This document shows positions 61,549 through 64,000 of a DNA stretch of 64,000 nucleotides, piece by piece (the stretch's first letter is position 1; every line of letters begins with the position of its first letter). Made by a program: the position numbers and the translations under genes. The DNA comes from Hypanus sabinus (lineage: Eukaryota): assembly GCF_030144855.1 (NCBI RefSeq), contig NC_082709.1:13330001-13394000 (forward strand). Direction: 5' to 3'. The notes under the pieces are model-generated. The model was not told where the DNA came from. It saw only the letters and a list, made by a program, of their open reading frames with translations, and ran no database searches.

Positions 61549-61904
61549 TTCAAGACAATAACATTTCTTTATGTTTTTGATACTAAGCTGAAGATCACAT
61601 GGTACAGGAAACTGAGTTAGTATTACTACTAGCAGAGCAATCACCTGAAACTCTTCTTGGTCAAAAAGTGACTGTGTTGATAGACTGTCCAACTGTACTG
61701 GTGAATCCTTGGAAATCATCATATTAAAGTTGCAGTTTCAGGTTTTGAAGACTATGTCGACTTTGTATTCAGATTTCAAAAATCATTGAATTAAGAATTT
61801 TAGGATTGGAGCCTGTAAAATCTGCATTGTAACATCACACCTTGTCTTTTAATTTTTGTAAATTCCATTCCATTAGCCCTTCATTCCTAGGAATGTAGAA
61901 GGTT

Positions 61905-62628
61905 GAGAACATAGAAAAAGAACAAAGGGATCTTGGAATAAAGGCCTATATTTCATTGACAGTGGTGCCACAGGTAGATAGGATTGTAAAGAAAGCTTTT
62001 GGCACTTTGACCTTTGTAGATCAAGGTATTGAATACAGGAGATGGGCTGTTATGTCAAAATTGTATATGATGTTGGTGATGCCTAATTCAGAGTATTGTG
62101 TGCGGTTTTGGTCACCTTTCTGCAGGAAAGATATAAATAAGGTTGAAAAAATATAGAGAAAATTTACATGAAATGTGTCAGGGCTGGAGGACCTGAGTTA
62201 TAAGGAAAGGTTGAATAGGTTAGGACTTTGTTCCTTGGATAATATAAGATTGAGAGGAGATTTGATAGAAATATACAAAATTATGAGTGGTATAGATAGG
62301 GTAAATCCAAGAAGGATTTTTTCCACTGAGGTTGTGTGGGACTACAACTAGAGGTCATGAGCTAATGGTGAAAGGTGAAAAGTTTAAGGGAAACATAAGA
62401 GGAAACTTCTTCACTCAGAGTGCGGAACGAGCTGCCAGCACAAGTGGTGCATGCAAGTTCGATTTCATGTTTCAGAGAACTTTGGATAGGTACATAGATA
62501 GTAGGGGTTTGGAGGGCTATGGTCCTGGTGTAGGTCAATTGGAGTAGGCTGTTCAAATGGTTTTTACTTGGACTAGATGGACCAAATGGCCTGTTCTGTG
62601 CTGTACTTTAATATGACTCTATGTCTCT
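61905..62628 (+). mobile_element. CR1 LINE 3' part
   Basis: QVDRIVKKAFG...EYCVRFWSP, RGNFFTQ, tatgactc tail. Confidence 0.88.
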
Positions 62629-63069
62629 ATCAGAAAATGAAGGCAGTAATAAAAGCTCAGTTAAAAGAATCTGCCTTGAACTGGCACAGAAAATAAAAGT
62701 AATGTTGTAAGTGTACAACTCAATTGAGAAAAGTGAGGCTATAATTTAGTTGAGCAGCACTTGCTGAATAACTGGAGAGGAATTTAGGTTTGGAAAATTG
62801 AAAAATGAAACCTTTGGTTTTTCTCTCGTGTTTGATAGTCTGTAGTAAGTCCCTTTATGGACTAAGGCTAACATCCTAATAGGGACAAGCTTTCAGTGAA
62901 TAGAGCCTACAGAGGATAAGCTAGTAAATCTTGCAATAAAAGCTGTGTGATTTACAGTAAATTCCAGAGGGCTTACAGCACCACAGCTGAGGGCATAAAC
63001 AGTTCTTTCATTTTAGGCCTATAGTCAGCTCTGCCTACTGCGAAGTACAATTGCACAGAAAGGCATGCT

Positions 63070-63209
63070 NNNNNNNNNNNNNNNNNNNNNNNNNNNNNNN
63101 NNNNNNNNNNNNNNNNNNNNNNNNNNNNNNNNNNNNNNNNNNNNNNNNNNNNNNNNNNNNNNNNNNNNNNNNNNNNNNNNNNNNNNNNNNNNNNNNNNNN
63201 NNNNNNNNN
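63070..63209. other. Assembly gap (140 N)
   Basis: Run of N. Confidence 0.99.
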
Positions 63210-64000
63210 TTAGGTCTACCTAAATCCCACACAGCTCAGTTTTGCTCAGTGCTATTCACCAGTGAAAATTTAAACGAAAATTGTTAGGTCCCTGACTGCT
63301 GCATTTATTCAAAAAGTAAATTTATACTATGTTGGCTGTACAAATCAATTGTTTCTTTCATTCCTTTACAGGTCATTCTCAATTTTGTCCGGTGCCAAGA
63401 GTCATATAAAATGCTGCAAAGGGCCATCGCGAAGAATGTCTTTCAAGCAGTTTCATAAAAGCTGGGCAAACCTGAGAGTATGACTCGGCTATTCACCATT
63501 TGGTTAAATGATTAAGGAGAAGTAAGTCTGAATCAAAAATAAATAGGGTGGAGGAAACTTTCCAAAGAAGACAAATATGGGGTTTACAAGAAGCTTGGAT
63601 TATGGTGGGATCATATTTTTAAGTCTGATTTCATTTTAGTTACACTAAAACACAGGATACTTGGAAGTGCTCATGCTCAACCGTAAGAATGTGACTGTTC
63701 CATTTGGATTTGCCTGTAGGCTACTTTTCAAATAGACTTATATTTGACCTGTAAGTCTATCCTATAAGGATCCAAACTCCTGGTGATAAATGAAATGAAT
63801 AGAGGGCTTGCTATTCAGTAACCTTTGACGATCAACACAGGGAATTTGAAATCCTCCAAATATTTGACATACAATTACAGAGTCACTGACAAAAATGTAA
63901 AGCTGTGATTTCTAAATCCCAGATTACTTTTATTTCTGGATTAAAAGCACAATGTAATTTTTTGAAATTCAGCAAAGAGGAAATGGCTGTGATCTGCTTC

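Overview
Eukaryotic, repeat-saturated, apparently intronic or intergenic vertebrate DNA. The repeat complement (tRNA-headed V-SINE/HE1-like SINEs, CR1/HER1-like, Rex1/Babar, RTE and fish-type L1 LINEs, Penelope-like elements) points to a cartilaginous fish, probably a ray; this is an inference. No host protein-coding gene is recognisable, only a few weak exon candidates, and nearly all listed ORFs are transposon remnants or chance frames. Main structures: three Gypsy/Ty3 LTR retrotransposons (sushi/chromovirus-like 3409-7227 minus; CsRN1-like about 8250-13054 plus; a near-complete Mag-like element 54437-58918 minus) and five solo LTRs, one inflated by a 25-bp minisatellite. There is also a 5'-inverted (twin-primed) L1 with a 17-bp TSD, several Penelope-derived hairpins carrying minimal hammerhead ribozyme motifs, a composite Tc1-type MITE and two N gaps. 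The most intriguing item is the 54.4-58.9 kb Gypsy element. It has no tRNA primer-binding site; the 16 nt at that position are instead the reverse complement of the AATAAA-containing segment of its own LTR, and its RT carries YLDN instead of YxDD. This suggests tRNA-independent fold-back priming and/or poly(A)-signal occlusion. Family assignments come from motif recognition only, and boundaries without a TSD are approximate.
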